This document shows, piece by piece, positions 8,544 to 16,497 of a DNA stretch of 25,250 bases. Numbering within the stretch: position 1 is the first letter of the stretch; every line of letters begins with the position of its first letter. A program made the position numbers and the translations under genes. The stretch spans positions 1 through 25,250 of the forward strand of contig JBBRLI010000033.1 of the NCBI GenBank assembly GCA_038231455.1. The letters run 5' to 3'. The notes beneath the pieces are model-generated. The model saw only the letters and a list, made by a program, of their open reading frames with translations, was not told where the DNA came from and ran no database searches. Origin of the DNA: Vulcanimicrobiales bacterium (GTDB lineage: Bacteria > Vulcanimicrobiota > Vulcanimicrobiia > Vulcanimicrobiales > Vulcanimicrobiaceae).

Positions 8544-9329
8544 TTAGCTGAGCGGGCGGACGAACGTTGGTTTTGTGGTCGGCACCTTGCTGCCGCCGTC
8601 GGGCTCGACGCTCACGGCAACCGCGACGAGATTCGCACTGCTCTCTGGCAGCGCGATCACGGCTACGCCGCCGCGCGCCGGTGTAAACGTGACGCTCGGA
8701 GCGACGGCTTTCGCGCCTTTTGCAAGCGTCCAGGCCTGATAGACTTTGCCTTTGGGCAGCGCCGGCAACGACTTCATCGAGATGTATAGGCGCGTTCCGC
8801 GCTCGAGCACTTCGCCGCCGGTGACCGGAAAATGTTTCCCATCGGAGGCCACGAGGTCGGCGATCATCGTGCGTTCGGCATCTTGCGAACGCGCATCGCG
8901 TGCTAGCTGCGTTTGTTGTGTGGCGTTGTCGCGATTGCGTGTGGCGAGTTCCGAGCGCAGACTGACGTTCGAAGCCGTCGTCGTGAGCGCGATAACGGCG
9001 GCAATACCGGCGGCGGCTGCGGCTGCCCACGTGACGAACGAGCGCGAACGGCGGCTCTCGAGCGGCACGACGTTCGCGCGTTCGAGATCGCGGTTTACCT
9101 GCGCCATCAAGCGCTGCTTCATGCGCGTGCTCGTCGCCGAATCGACCGGTTCTTCGGCCATGAGCGCGACCGCATCGGCGGCGGGACGGAGCGCGTCGAA
9201 TTCCGCGCGACAGGTATCACAGGTCAGCAGATGCGCCGTGACAATCCGGTGCTCCGAGGCGCCGAGCGCACCCAGCGCGTAGACGGCGACGAGATCGAGC
9301 ATCGCGTCGTGGTCCATCGAACCGTTCAT
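8544..9329 (-). CDS. Anti-sigma factor, RskA-like, with zinc-binding HxxxCxxC motif
   Basis: YALGAL...HLLTCDTC (ZAS motif), a single TM helix, and C-terminal YQAW...AVSVEPDGGSKVPT typical of RskA. ATGA overlap with the sigma gene. Confidence 0.9.
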   Translation of the reverse strand: MNGSMDHDAMLDLVAVYALGALGASEHRIVTAHLLTCDTCRAEFDALRPAADAVALMAEEPVDSATSTRMKQRLMAQVNRDLERANVVPLESRRSRSFVTWAAAAAAGIAAVIALTTTASNVSLRSELATRNRDNATQQTQLARDARSQDAERTMIADLVASDGKHFPVTGGEVLERGTRLYISMKSLPALPKGKVYQAWTLAKGAKAVAPSVTFTPARGGVAVIALPESSANLVAVAVSVEPDGGSKVPTTKPTFVRPLS

Positions 9330-9859
9330 CGCGTCACCGAGCCGGCAAGTTCGCTGCGTAAGCGACGTAAGCCCGAGCGGATGCGCGTTTTAATCGTACC
9401 CAGCGGAATTGCGGTTTTCCGGGCGATCTCTTCGTGAGTGATCCCGCCGAAGAACCCAAGCTCGATCGGCATGCGCTGGTCGTCCGGCAGCGCGGCTAGC
9501 GCCGCGCGAACGCGTTGCGAATCGAGGCGCGTAAAAACAACATCATCGAGCGAGCTCTCGTCCGGCAAGTCGGTCGGAATTTCGTCTTCCGCTCGGGAGG
9601 CACGCGAGCGCAGCACATCGAGCGCGCGGTTGCGGGTAACGCGTGAGAGCCACGCGCCAAAATTCCCCGTTTGAAACGAATCGGGGTTCGTCCAGAGTTT
9701 CATGAATACGGCTTGTGTCAAATCTTCGGCCATGGTCGGTTCGCCGAGCATGCGAAGGGCAATGCCGAAGACAAGACGGTGATAGCCATCGTAGAGCGAT
9801 TCGAATGCGGACGCATCGCGCGCTCGCAGTCGCTCCATAAGCTTTTCACCATCATCCAC
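9326..9859 (-). CDS. ECF sigma-70 factor (SigK-like)
   Basis: DASAFESLYD, AEDLTQAVFMKLW, WLSRVTRNRALDVLR (region 2), and GITHEEIA...PLGTIKTRIRSGL (region 4). Followed by the anti-sigma gene. Confidence 0.93.
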   Translation of the reverse strand: MDDGEKLMERLRARDASAFESLYDGYHRLVFGIALRMLGEPTMAEDLTQAVFMKLWTNPDSFQTGNFGAWLSRVTRNRALDVLRSRASRAEDEIPTDLPDESSLDDVVFTRLDSQRVRAALAALPDDQRMPIELGFFGGITHEEIARKTAIPLGTIKTRIRSGLRRLRSELAGSVTR

Positions 9860-9902
9860 AACGACAAACTTCGACTCTTCATACTATAGCCCTCGCCTCA
9901 AC

Positions 9903-9927
9903 AACGGAGCACGTAGTGTGTCGGATG
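9903..9927 (-). promoter_or_regulatory. Candidate autoregulatory ECF promoter CATCC-N16-CGTT
   Basis: Minus strand reads CATCC gacacactacgtgctc CGTT, about 45 nt upstream of the sigma start. It resembles the ATCC...CG(A/T)A promoters recalled for SigK-type ECFs. Inference only. Confidence 0.35.
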
Positions 9928-9958
9928 TCGTCAAAAGAATCGGGTAGGTGAAGCTTCC

Positions 9959-10279
9959 GTGAAGAAACCGAAACCACGCGACAAGAGCTTTTTAACCATC
10001 GCCGCCTTCGCCGGGACAGGTGGGCTGCTTGCCGTCGGCTTCTCGATTGGCTTACCCGTGCATGAGGCGATGATGGGGGGCCATCCAACGCCGGCATTCT
10101 TCTTTTTCGGTATTTGGGGTTTTGCCGCGCTGCTTGGTTGCGCTGGTTGCATTCACACCTATTTGATCTCGGGTGATCCGCCGGACAAGCCGCCCAAAGG
10201 CGGCGTCCCGGTCCGGGAATTTCGGGTGATCGAGGGCACGCGTATGGAGACGCCGGAATCGACGCGTCGAGCAGCCTAA
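9959..10279 (+). CDS. Small hypothetical membrane protein (2 TM)
   Basis: GTG start after GTAGGTG, a basic N-terminus, two hydrophobic segments and a charged/Pro-rich tail. Confidence 0.7.
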   Translation: MKKPKPRDKSFLTIAAFAGTGGLLAVGFSIGLPVHEAMMGGHPTPAFFFFGIWGFAALLGCAGCIHTYLISGDPPDKPPKGGVPVREFRVIEGTRMETPESTRRAA

Positions 10280-10980
10280 ACGATCTTCGCAAGCGGGTTC
10301 GTGCCGCACGCTCGGTTGCCGTTTTGACCGGCAGCGGGATTAGCAGCGAAAGCGGCCTCCCCACCTTTCGCGGGGTCGGCGGTCTGTGGCGGACCCACCG
10401 CGTCGAGGACCTCGCATCGCCCGCCGGTTTTGCGCGCGATCCGCGCCTGGTCTGGACGTGGTACAACGAACGCCGGGCCGTGCATATGCAGTCCGAACCC
10501 TCAGCTGCTCACCTGGCGCTAGCCGAACTGGAACGGCTAGTCCCCGACTTCACGCTCGCGACGCAGAACGTGGACTCGCTTCATCGCCGAGCCGGCTCGC
10601 AAAACGTGCTCGAGCTCCACGGGCAGTTGCGAGAAGCGCGCTGCACCGGGTGTGCCGAGCGGCGCTTGCTCGATGTGCCGCTCGCGCTCGATCAAATCGT
10701 GCACGCGTGCGGCGGGTCGTGGCGGCCCGACATCGTCTGGTTCGGTGAAAAACTGCCGCCCGACGTTTGGTCGAGGGCAGTTGCGGCCGTCGGGCGTGCC
10801 GACGTGATGCTCGTCATCGGTACGTCGGCGATGGTGAATCCGGCCGCACAACTGGCTACGCACTTTGCGCGCGCGGCGTATGTTGTCGAGATCAACCCGG
10901 AGGAGACGCCGATCTCGGGGCGCGTTGCGCTTTCGATTCGCGCGCGTTCGAGCGACGTCGTCCCGGCGCTTCTGGTGTGA
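10258..10980 (+). CDS. cobB: NAD-dependent protein deacylase (class III sirtuin); probable ATC start at 10258
   Basis: VAVLTGSGISSESGLPTFRG, WYNERR (YxxR), TQNVDSLH, LELHG, CTGC, RPDIVWFGE, IGTS, EINPEET. The first canonical start (TTG 10324) would cut into the first Rossmann strand. Confidence 0.92.
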   Translation: MDASSSLNDLRKRVRAARSVAVLTGSGISSESGLPTFRGVGGLWRTHRVEDLASPAGFARDPRLVWTWYNERRAVHMQSEPSAAHLALAELERLVPDFTLATQNVDSLHRRAGSQNVLELHGQLREARCTGCAERRLLDVPLALDQIVHACGGSWRPDIVWFGEKLPPDVWSRAVAAVGRADVMLVIGTSAMVNPAAQLATHFARAAYVVEINPEETPISGRVALSIRARSSDVVPALLV

Positions 10981-10985
10981 GGACC

Positions 10986-12170
10986 TTACGGCGGTAGCTG
11001 CAGCGGCGGTCCGTCGTTGTCTTCATAGACGGCCCGCGGCGGCGGCGGCTCGGGCATGATCGCGCCTTCGTCGTCGAATGCGGCGAAGCGCGGCATACGC
11101 AGTTCGGGCGGATCGATCGGACCGCTTCCGTCGCCGACACCGGCGGAACCGGGACGACGGCGTGGGCGCATGGGCGTGGCCATCGGAAAATCACGGACGG
11201 GCGGTTCGTCGGGAACCGGTCGTGCGATCAGCGGCTGAGCCGATATGCTCGGTGCGGTCGGCGGCGCGGCGGCTGGGCTCGCGGTGGGCACCGGATCTGC
11301 TGCCGGGTGAGCATCGGGCTCGCGCTTGGGTGTGCTAGCCACCGTCGGCTCGGGTTCGTCCGGAAGGATCGTCGTGCGCTTGAAGACGTTTGGATTGGGA
11401 AGCAGCAGCGGATCGTCGCCACGCGCGAGGCCGCGTACGATGAATGCTTCGGGCAATTTGCGCATACCGCGCAGCGGAATGCGTTGCGCAGGCAAAAATG
11501 AGAAAAGATCGGTAACGGTTTCGCACGTCGCTGCGGATGCGAGGATGTAAGCGTTGATATCATTCGTTGCTTCTTGCAGCCGCGATGCAACGAGGACTTC
11601 GTTGCCAATCACCGTGTATTCGCGACGTTCTGCAAACCCGACGTCCCCCGCGATCACATTGCCGCTATTGATTCCAATGCCCACGCGAATGGCTTTGCGG
11701 CCTTGCGCGGCCCAGCGTGTTTCCATCGCGGACATCAAGCGTACGATATCGATCGACGCGCGGATTGCGTGTTCTTCTTTGCGCGGCTCGTCGATCGGTA
11801 CGCCAAAAACACCGACGATACCATCGGTGAGAAACGATTCGATCATCCCGCGATGTTTCTGGATCGATTTTCCCGCCAGCGTGTAGAACTCGTTGAGATA
11901 GCGCAGCGTCTCTTCGGGCGTCAGATTTTCGCTCAGGTGTGCGAAGTTCCAAATCCGGCAGACGATGATCGTGGCGTAGGTCGAGCGGCCTTCAAAGATC
12001 CGCGGGTCTTTGCGCTCGAGGATTTCATCGACGATCCCGCGCGCGACGTAGCGCGAAAAGATCGCGCGAATGCGGCCGGTCTCCGCGCGCTCGGCCGCAA
12101 GGCGGCGGAACACGACGACGAGTCCGATCACAGCACCCAGGAGTGCAAGGCCGATCAGCGCGACGATCAT
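10986..12170 (-). CDS. Membrane-anchored class III adenylate/guanylate cyclase-like protein with degenerate active site and Pro-rich tail
   Basis: N-terminal TM, FSRYV, LNEFY, FGVP, RVGIGINSGNVIAGDVG, EYTVIGNEVLVASRLQ. Several catalytic positions are substituted (see findings). Confidence 0.88.
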   Translation of the reverse strand: MIVALIGLALLGAVIGLVVVFRRLAAERAETGRIRAIFSRYVARGIVDEILERKDPRIFEGRSTYATIIVCRIWNFAHLSENLTPEETLRYLNEFYTLAGKSIQKHRGMIESFLTDGIVGVFGVPIDEPRKEEHAIRASIDIVRLMSAMETRWAAQGRKAIRVGIGINSGNVIAGDVGFAERREYTVIGNEVLVASRLQEATNDINAYILASAATCETVTDLFSFLPAQRIPLRGMRKLPEAFIVRGLARGDDPLLLPNPNVFKRTTILPDEPEPTVASTPKREPDAHPAADPVPTASPAAAPPTAPSISAQPLIARPVPDEPPVRDFPMATPMRPRRRPGSAGVGDGSGPIDPPELRMPRFAAFDDEGAIMPEPPPPRAVYEDNDGPPLQLPP

Positions 12171-12211
12171 ACGATGGTTTTCGGCAACCTTTGTGCGAAA
12201 GCTTCGCCATC

Positions 12212-12616
12212 ATGGATGACTTGAGTTTCTTGCGCCAGGCGATCCCGGACTATGCGGATTACACCGATGAAGACGCGCGGCACCTCGTGGACAAACAGGT
12301 GCGGGCCACGATGGGCGAGGCCCTCAGCCGCCTTCGGGAACGGCTCGCGGCGCTGGATCGAATCGTCGCTGAGCGCCTGGACGAACGCATTTTCGCGTGC
12401 GAATTTGGCGATCAAGAGGGGATTCGGGCGATCGATCACCTCGCGTTTCCCCAGGGCGTTCCGGCGAGCATGCACGGTGCGGACCGTGCGATCGTGGCCC
12501 TCGCAGGCCAAGCGGACGCCGTGACGGCCGCGGCGCTGGCCGGTTTTCTGGACACGATCGATGCGGCGTTCGCGGCGCGGCGACACGCGATCGACGCGCT
12601 CGGCAAAGGGACGTAG
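12212..12616 (+). CDS. Hypothetical alpha-helical protein, 134 aa
   Basis: ATG 12212 gives MDDLSFLRQAIPDYADYTDEDARHLVDKQVR. It fills the gap between two minus-strand genes and has a protein-like composition. The track start at 12143 overlaps the cyclase. Confidence 0.75.
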   Translation: MDDLSFLRQAIPDYADYTDEDARHLVDKQVRATMGEALSRLRERLAALDRIVAERLDERIFACEFGDQEGIRAIDHLAFPQGVPASMHGADRAIVALAGQADAVTAAALAGFLDTIDAAFAARRHAIDALGKGT

Positions 12617-12619
12617 GCC

Positions 12620-15109
12620 TTAGAAAGGCAGTCGTTTGCGCAGCTCGTTAATCGCCTGATTCTTGAGCTGATCGATCGACGTTGGGACCCCGAGCTCGTT
12701 GAATTTATCGAGCGCAGCCTGGTTGATCTTATCGACTTTTTGCTGAATGATGCCGTTGATGAGCGTCGCGACTAGCGACTGGCCGCCAACGAGCTTGATC
12801 GTCTTTCCATTTTGATCGCCGGTCGTAAACGTGACCTCGACCGGAGTGTTCGAATCGCCGAGATGGTACACGTTGACGGTAAGTTCGTCGCCGTCGAGTC
12901 CGATGTCGCCCTCGGTGCCGCGCACCGCAATCTGTGCGGTCGGCGTTGAGAACGTGTAGTTGGCCTTCTGTCCCGCGGGATGCTCGACGTTGAATCGCGC
13001 CTTGCCCTGGTACACAACGAACTTCGCGTTTGCGATGTCGGTTTGATTGAAGAACGTCATCTCGACGCGCGATGCCGAGGCGATCGTCACACGTGAGGAA
13101 TCGGGCAAGGTGATGCGCGCGGTCGACGCATCGCCGGTCACCGTGACGTCGCCGTCGCCGAGGTTGATGCTCGCGGCGGGAACGAGCACGCGGGCCGCAT
13201 TGGAGCCCTTTTCGTAGCTGACTTTTCCTTTGACGTTGGTCAGTTGTTTATCGGCATCGGCGCCCGCCGCGAGCGGGACGAGAGCGACGATGAGGGCGAG
13301 GGTTGCGGCTGCTACGATCGGTCGCACGCGGAGTGTCTCCCAATTCCGGCGGTTCATATCCCACCAAATGAACGCAGCGCACAACGCCGCGAAGACGAGC
13401 CAGCTAAAGCCGGCCAGCGGTTCTTGGAGCACCAGTTTCCCGATCCCGAAAAGCGTTCCATACACAAGTCCGCAACCGGCGAGCCAATCGAGGAGCCCAA
13501 GACCAAGTGAATCATTTGCCTCAACGGTGTCCACCTGCGCGGCAATCCGTTTCCAACCGGCGGCGTTCGGCCGCACGCGCTCGAAGAAGCGCACGAGGGT
13601 TTCTTCGGATTCGGGTTTGGTCGACATCGTGACCACGATCCACGCAATTGTCGTAACGATCACCGTAACGAGCAGTTGCTTTGCGACGACGTTGGGATCG
13701 TTTTCCGGAATAATTTTGGTCAAATAGAGTGTGGTCGCGGTCACACCGGAGACAGCGAGCGCCGTGATTTCGCTCCAGGCATTGATGCGCCACCAGTACC
13801 AGCGCAGGATCATCACGAGTCCGACGCCCGCGGTCAGTGTGAGCATGTACTTCCACGCGCCGCCGACCGAGGTCATGTAGAGCGAAACGACGGCGCCGAG
13901 AACGAGCACGACGATCGTCATCACGCGCGACATCGTGACGTAATGCGCTTCCGTGCGGTCTTTAGAAATAAAGCGTTTGTAAAGGTCGTTGGTGAGATAC
14001 GACGCGCCGAGGTTGAGGTGGGTACCGATCGTCGACATGTACGCGGCGAGAAATCCGGCCATCATGAGCCCGCGTAGCCAGATCGGCAGATAGTCGATCA
14101 TGGTTTGGATGTAGCCGAGTTCGGGATCGACTTTGCCGTCGGCACCGACGACGCCGTGCGGATACAGAACGAGCGCGCAGAGCGCGACGAGAATCCACGG
14201 CCACGGACGCAGCGCATAGTGGGCAACGTTAAAGAAGAGCGTTGCAAGGATCGAGTTTTTTTCATCTTTCGCTGAGAAAATACGCTGCGCGATGTAGCTG
14301 CCGCCGCCCGGCTCGGCGCCGGGATACGACGACGCCCACCACGAGACGCCGATAAAAACGAGAAACGTGGTGAGCGGCATCCAGCTCTGGTCGCCGCTCG
14401 GGATGAACGAGAGAATCGAACCACTTCCGCTTGCCCGGTGCGCCGCATCGATCGGCGCGAGTTTTTCTTTGAGCGCCGCGATGCCGCCGACGGCGGCCAC
14501 CGCTGCAACGGCGAGGACGATCGTCATTGACATTTTCACGACGAACTGCAAGAGATCGGTGACAAGCACCGACCAGAACCCGCCGATCATCACGTAGAGC
14601 GCGGTAAGGCCCATGCAGATGCCGACGGCTTCGGCTTGCGGCACGTGCAAGGTGAGGTTGAGGATCTTGGCCATCGCAAGATTCACCCAGCCCATGATGA
14701 TCGTGTTGATGATGACGCCTTGGTAGACGGCCCGCACGCCGCGGAGTGCCGTCGCCGGAGCGCCCCCGTAACGGAGTTCGATAAACTCGACATCGGTGAG
14801 TACGCCGCTGCGCCGCCAGAGTGCCGCGAAGAAGAACACGGTGAGAATTCCGCTCATCACCATGTTCCACCAGAGCCAATTGCCCGCGATGCCGTTCTTC
14901 GCGACGAATCCCGTTACCGCAAGCGGCGTATCGACGGCAAACGTCGTGGCCACCATTGAGGTTCCGGCTAGCCACCACGGCACGTTCCGCCCGGAGAGAA
15001 AGTATTCGGAGAGACTCGTCCCGCCGCGGCGCGAGAAGTACAGTCCGATCCCCAGGTTGATCGCGAAGAACGCGACGATTACGACAATGTCGACCACCGT
15101 GAGTTGCAT
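12620..15109 (-). CDS. Sodium:solute symporter (SSS/SLC5) fused to a C-terminal FecR-like domain, 829 aa
   Basis: EYFLSGRNVPWW, SMVATTFAVDTP, FIELRYG, SVLVTDLLQF, IAQRIFSAKDE, AAYMST and many TM helices over about 594 aa. Then a signal-like helix and VKGKV...VTGDASTARITLPDSS...TPTAQIAVRGT (FecR-like). Confidence 0.9.
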   Translation of the reverse strand: MQLTVVDIVVIVAFFAINLGIGLYFSRRGGTSLSEYFLSGRNVPWWLAGTSMVATTFAVDTPLAVTGFVAKNGIAGNWLWWNMVMSGILTVFFFAALWRRSGVLTDVEFIELRYGGAPATALRGVRAVYQGVIINTIIMGWVNLAMAKILNLTLHVPQAEAVGICMGLTALYVMIGGFWSVLVTDLLQFVVKMSMTIVLAVAAVAAVGGIAALKEKLAPIDAAHRASGSGSILSFIPSGDQSWMPLTTFLVFIGVSWWASSYPGAEPGGGSYIAQRIFSAKDEKNSILATLFFNVAHYALRPWPWILVALCALVLYPHGVVGADGKVDPELGYIQTMIDYLPIWLRGLMMAGFLAAYMSTIGTHLNLGASYLTNDLYKRFISKDRTEAHYVTMSRVMTIVVLVLGAVVSLYMTSVGGAWKYMLTLTAGVGLVMILRWYWWRINAWSEITALAVSGVTATTLYLTKIIPENDPNVVAKQLLVTVIVTTIAWIVVTMSTKPESEETLVRFFERVRPNAAGWKRIAAQVDTVEANDSLGLGLLDWLAGCGLVYGTLFGIGKLVLQEPLAGFSWLVFAALCAAFIWWDMNRRNWETLRVRPIVAAATLALIVALVPLAAGADADKQLTNVKGKVSYEKGSNAARVLVPAASINLGDGDVTVTGDASTARITLPDSSRVTIASASRVEMTFFNQTDIANAKFVVYQGKARFNVEHPAGQKANYTFSTPTAQIAVRGTEGDIGLDGDELTVNVYHLGDSNTPVEVTFTTGDQNGKTIKLVGGQSLVATLINGIIQQKVDKINQAALDKFNELGVPTSIDQLKNQAINELRKRLPF

Positions 15110-15131
15110 GGCCGACCTTTGTCGCTCGCCA

Positions 15132-15150
15132 AGCTCGCTGCCTGCGAGCT
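15132..15150. repeat. Intergenic inverted repeat AGCTCGC-N5-GCGAGCT
   Basis: Perfect 7-bp stem between the serine hydrolase stop and the SSS start. No U-tract follows it. Confidence 0.5.
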
Positions 15151-15172
15151 GCGGGAAATTACGCGCGTGCGG

Positions 15173-16441
15173 TTATGGCGACGGGCTCGGCGCCGGTTTG
15201 GCGGTTGGTGCCGGTCCGGGAGTTGCCGGAAAGCGGAGCGCACTTCGCGCGACGGCAGCATCGAACGCGGCTTCTTGTGCGCGCACATTTGCCGTTGACG
15301 ACCCATAAAATAAGCTCGTGACGATGTTTGCGATCTTCGCCTCGAGCGGTAACGTCGAGCCTTTGTCCGCGGGATAGTGCGCGTTCGATGCAAAGACGAT
15401 GGCCAGGTTGAGCGCGGGGTCGATCCACACGCTCGTTCCCGATGAGCCCGTGTGCCCGAAACCACCGCGCGGCAGCAAATCGCCGCGATTGCCTGAGTAT
15501 GGCGAGTCCATGTCCCATCCAAGCCCACGCGCAGCCCCGGCACCGACGTAGCGCGGCGAGATCATACTCCGCACGGTTTGCGGCTCGAGCGCAAAGTGCG
15601 GGTTGGGGAATTCGTCGATCGCGCCGAGCAGAGCGATACACAGTTTCATCATGTCATCGGCGGTTGCAAGAACGCCGGCGTGGCCATTCACGCCCGGGAC
15701 CGTTCCGAAGTCTTTGCGCAGCGTTTGTTCGTTTTGATTGAGGATTTGCGGTGCGAGGCGCGCCTTGTGCGCCTCGTCGATCGTATTGTCGAAAAATGTG
15801 TCTTTCATGCCGATCGGACGGAAGAGTTCGTCCTGCACGAAGCGTTCGTATTGCTTCCCCGACACGCGCGCGACCAGTTCGGCGAGAACGATGAAGGCAA
15901 GATCGCTGTATTCGAACTTCGAACCGGGCGCAAAGCGCAGCGGCGATTCGTAGGCGTGCGTGAGAATCGTCGCGCGATCGGTGAAGTAGTCGGCCGGGGC
16001 GTAGTCGATCTGCATTCCGCCGGTGTGCGTGAGCAGCTGCGCGATCGTGACGTCGTGCTTTCCGTTCTGCGCGAATTCCGGGATGTAGAGCGCCACGCGA
16101 TCGCTCAGCCGGAGCGCGCCCCGCTGGACAAGCAGCATGACCGCATCGGCCGTGGCCGCGGCTTTACTCACGGAGGCGAACTCATAGATCGTACGCATGT
16201 CGTTCCGTTGCGGTCGCGGCTCGATCGTTCTCACCCCATACGCCTTGCGCATAAGGATCTGCCCGCCATACGCAACCACGAGCTGTCCGCCGGGTAGGTT
16301 TTCGTGCGCGATCGCATCGGCGACCAGCGCGTCGATACGCAATTGTGCCGCACGCTTCATCGCGTCGAACTCGGTGTCCGCGGCGTTGGCGGGTACGGCG
16401 AATGCAGCAATGAGTGCTAGCGCAAGAAAAAGACGCTTCAT
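15173..16441 (-). CDS. Secreted beta-lactamase-family (class C/AmiE-like) serine hydrolase
   Basis: Signal peptide MKRLFLALALIAAFAVPANA. Motifs ASVSK (SxxK), LLTHTGG, FEYSD (YxN-like), GHAG, FGHTGSSGTSVWIDP. Pro/Ala-rich tail. Confidence 0.9.
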   Translation of the reverse strand: MKRLFLALALIAAFAVPANAADTEFDAMKRAAQLRIDALVADAIAHENLPGGQLVVAYGGQILMRKAYGVRTIEPRPQRNDMRTIYEFASVSKAAATADAVMLLVQRGALRLSDRVALYIPEFAQNGKHDVTIAQLLTHTGGMQIDYAPADYFTDRATILTHAYESPLRFAPGSKFEYSDLAFIVLAELVARVSGKQYERFVQDELFRPIGMKDTFFDNTIDEAHKARLAPQILNQNEQTLRKDFGTVPGVNGHAGVLATADDMMKLCIALLGAIDEFPNPHFALEPQTVRSMISPRYVGAGAARGLGWDMDSPYSGNRGDLLPRGGFGHTGSSGTSVWIDPALNLAIVFASNAHYPADKGSTLPLEAKIANIVTSLFYGSSTANVRAQEAAFDAAVARSALRFPATPGPAPTAKPAPSPSP

Positions 16442-16497
16442 GATGTTCGCGCTTGCTGGGTGCGGGTGGCGAACCCTGCGTGGCGAAGCGCGCCGAA

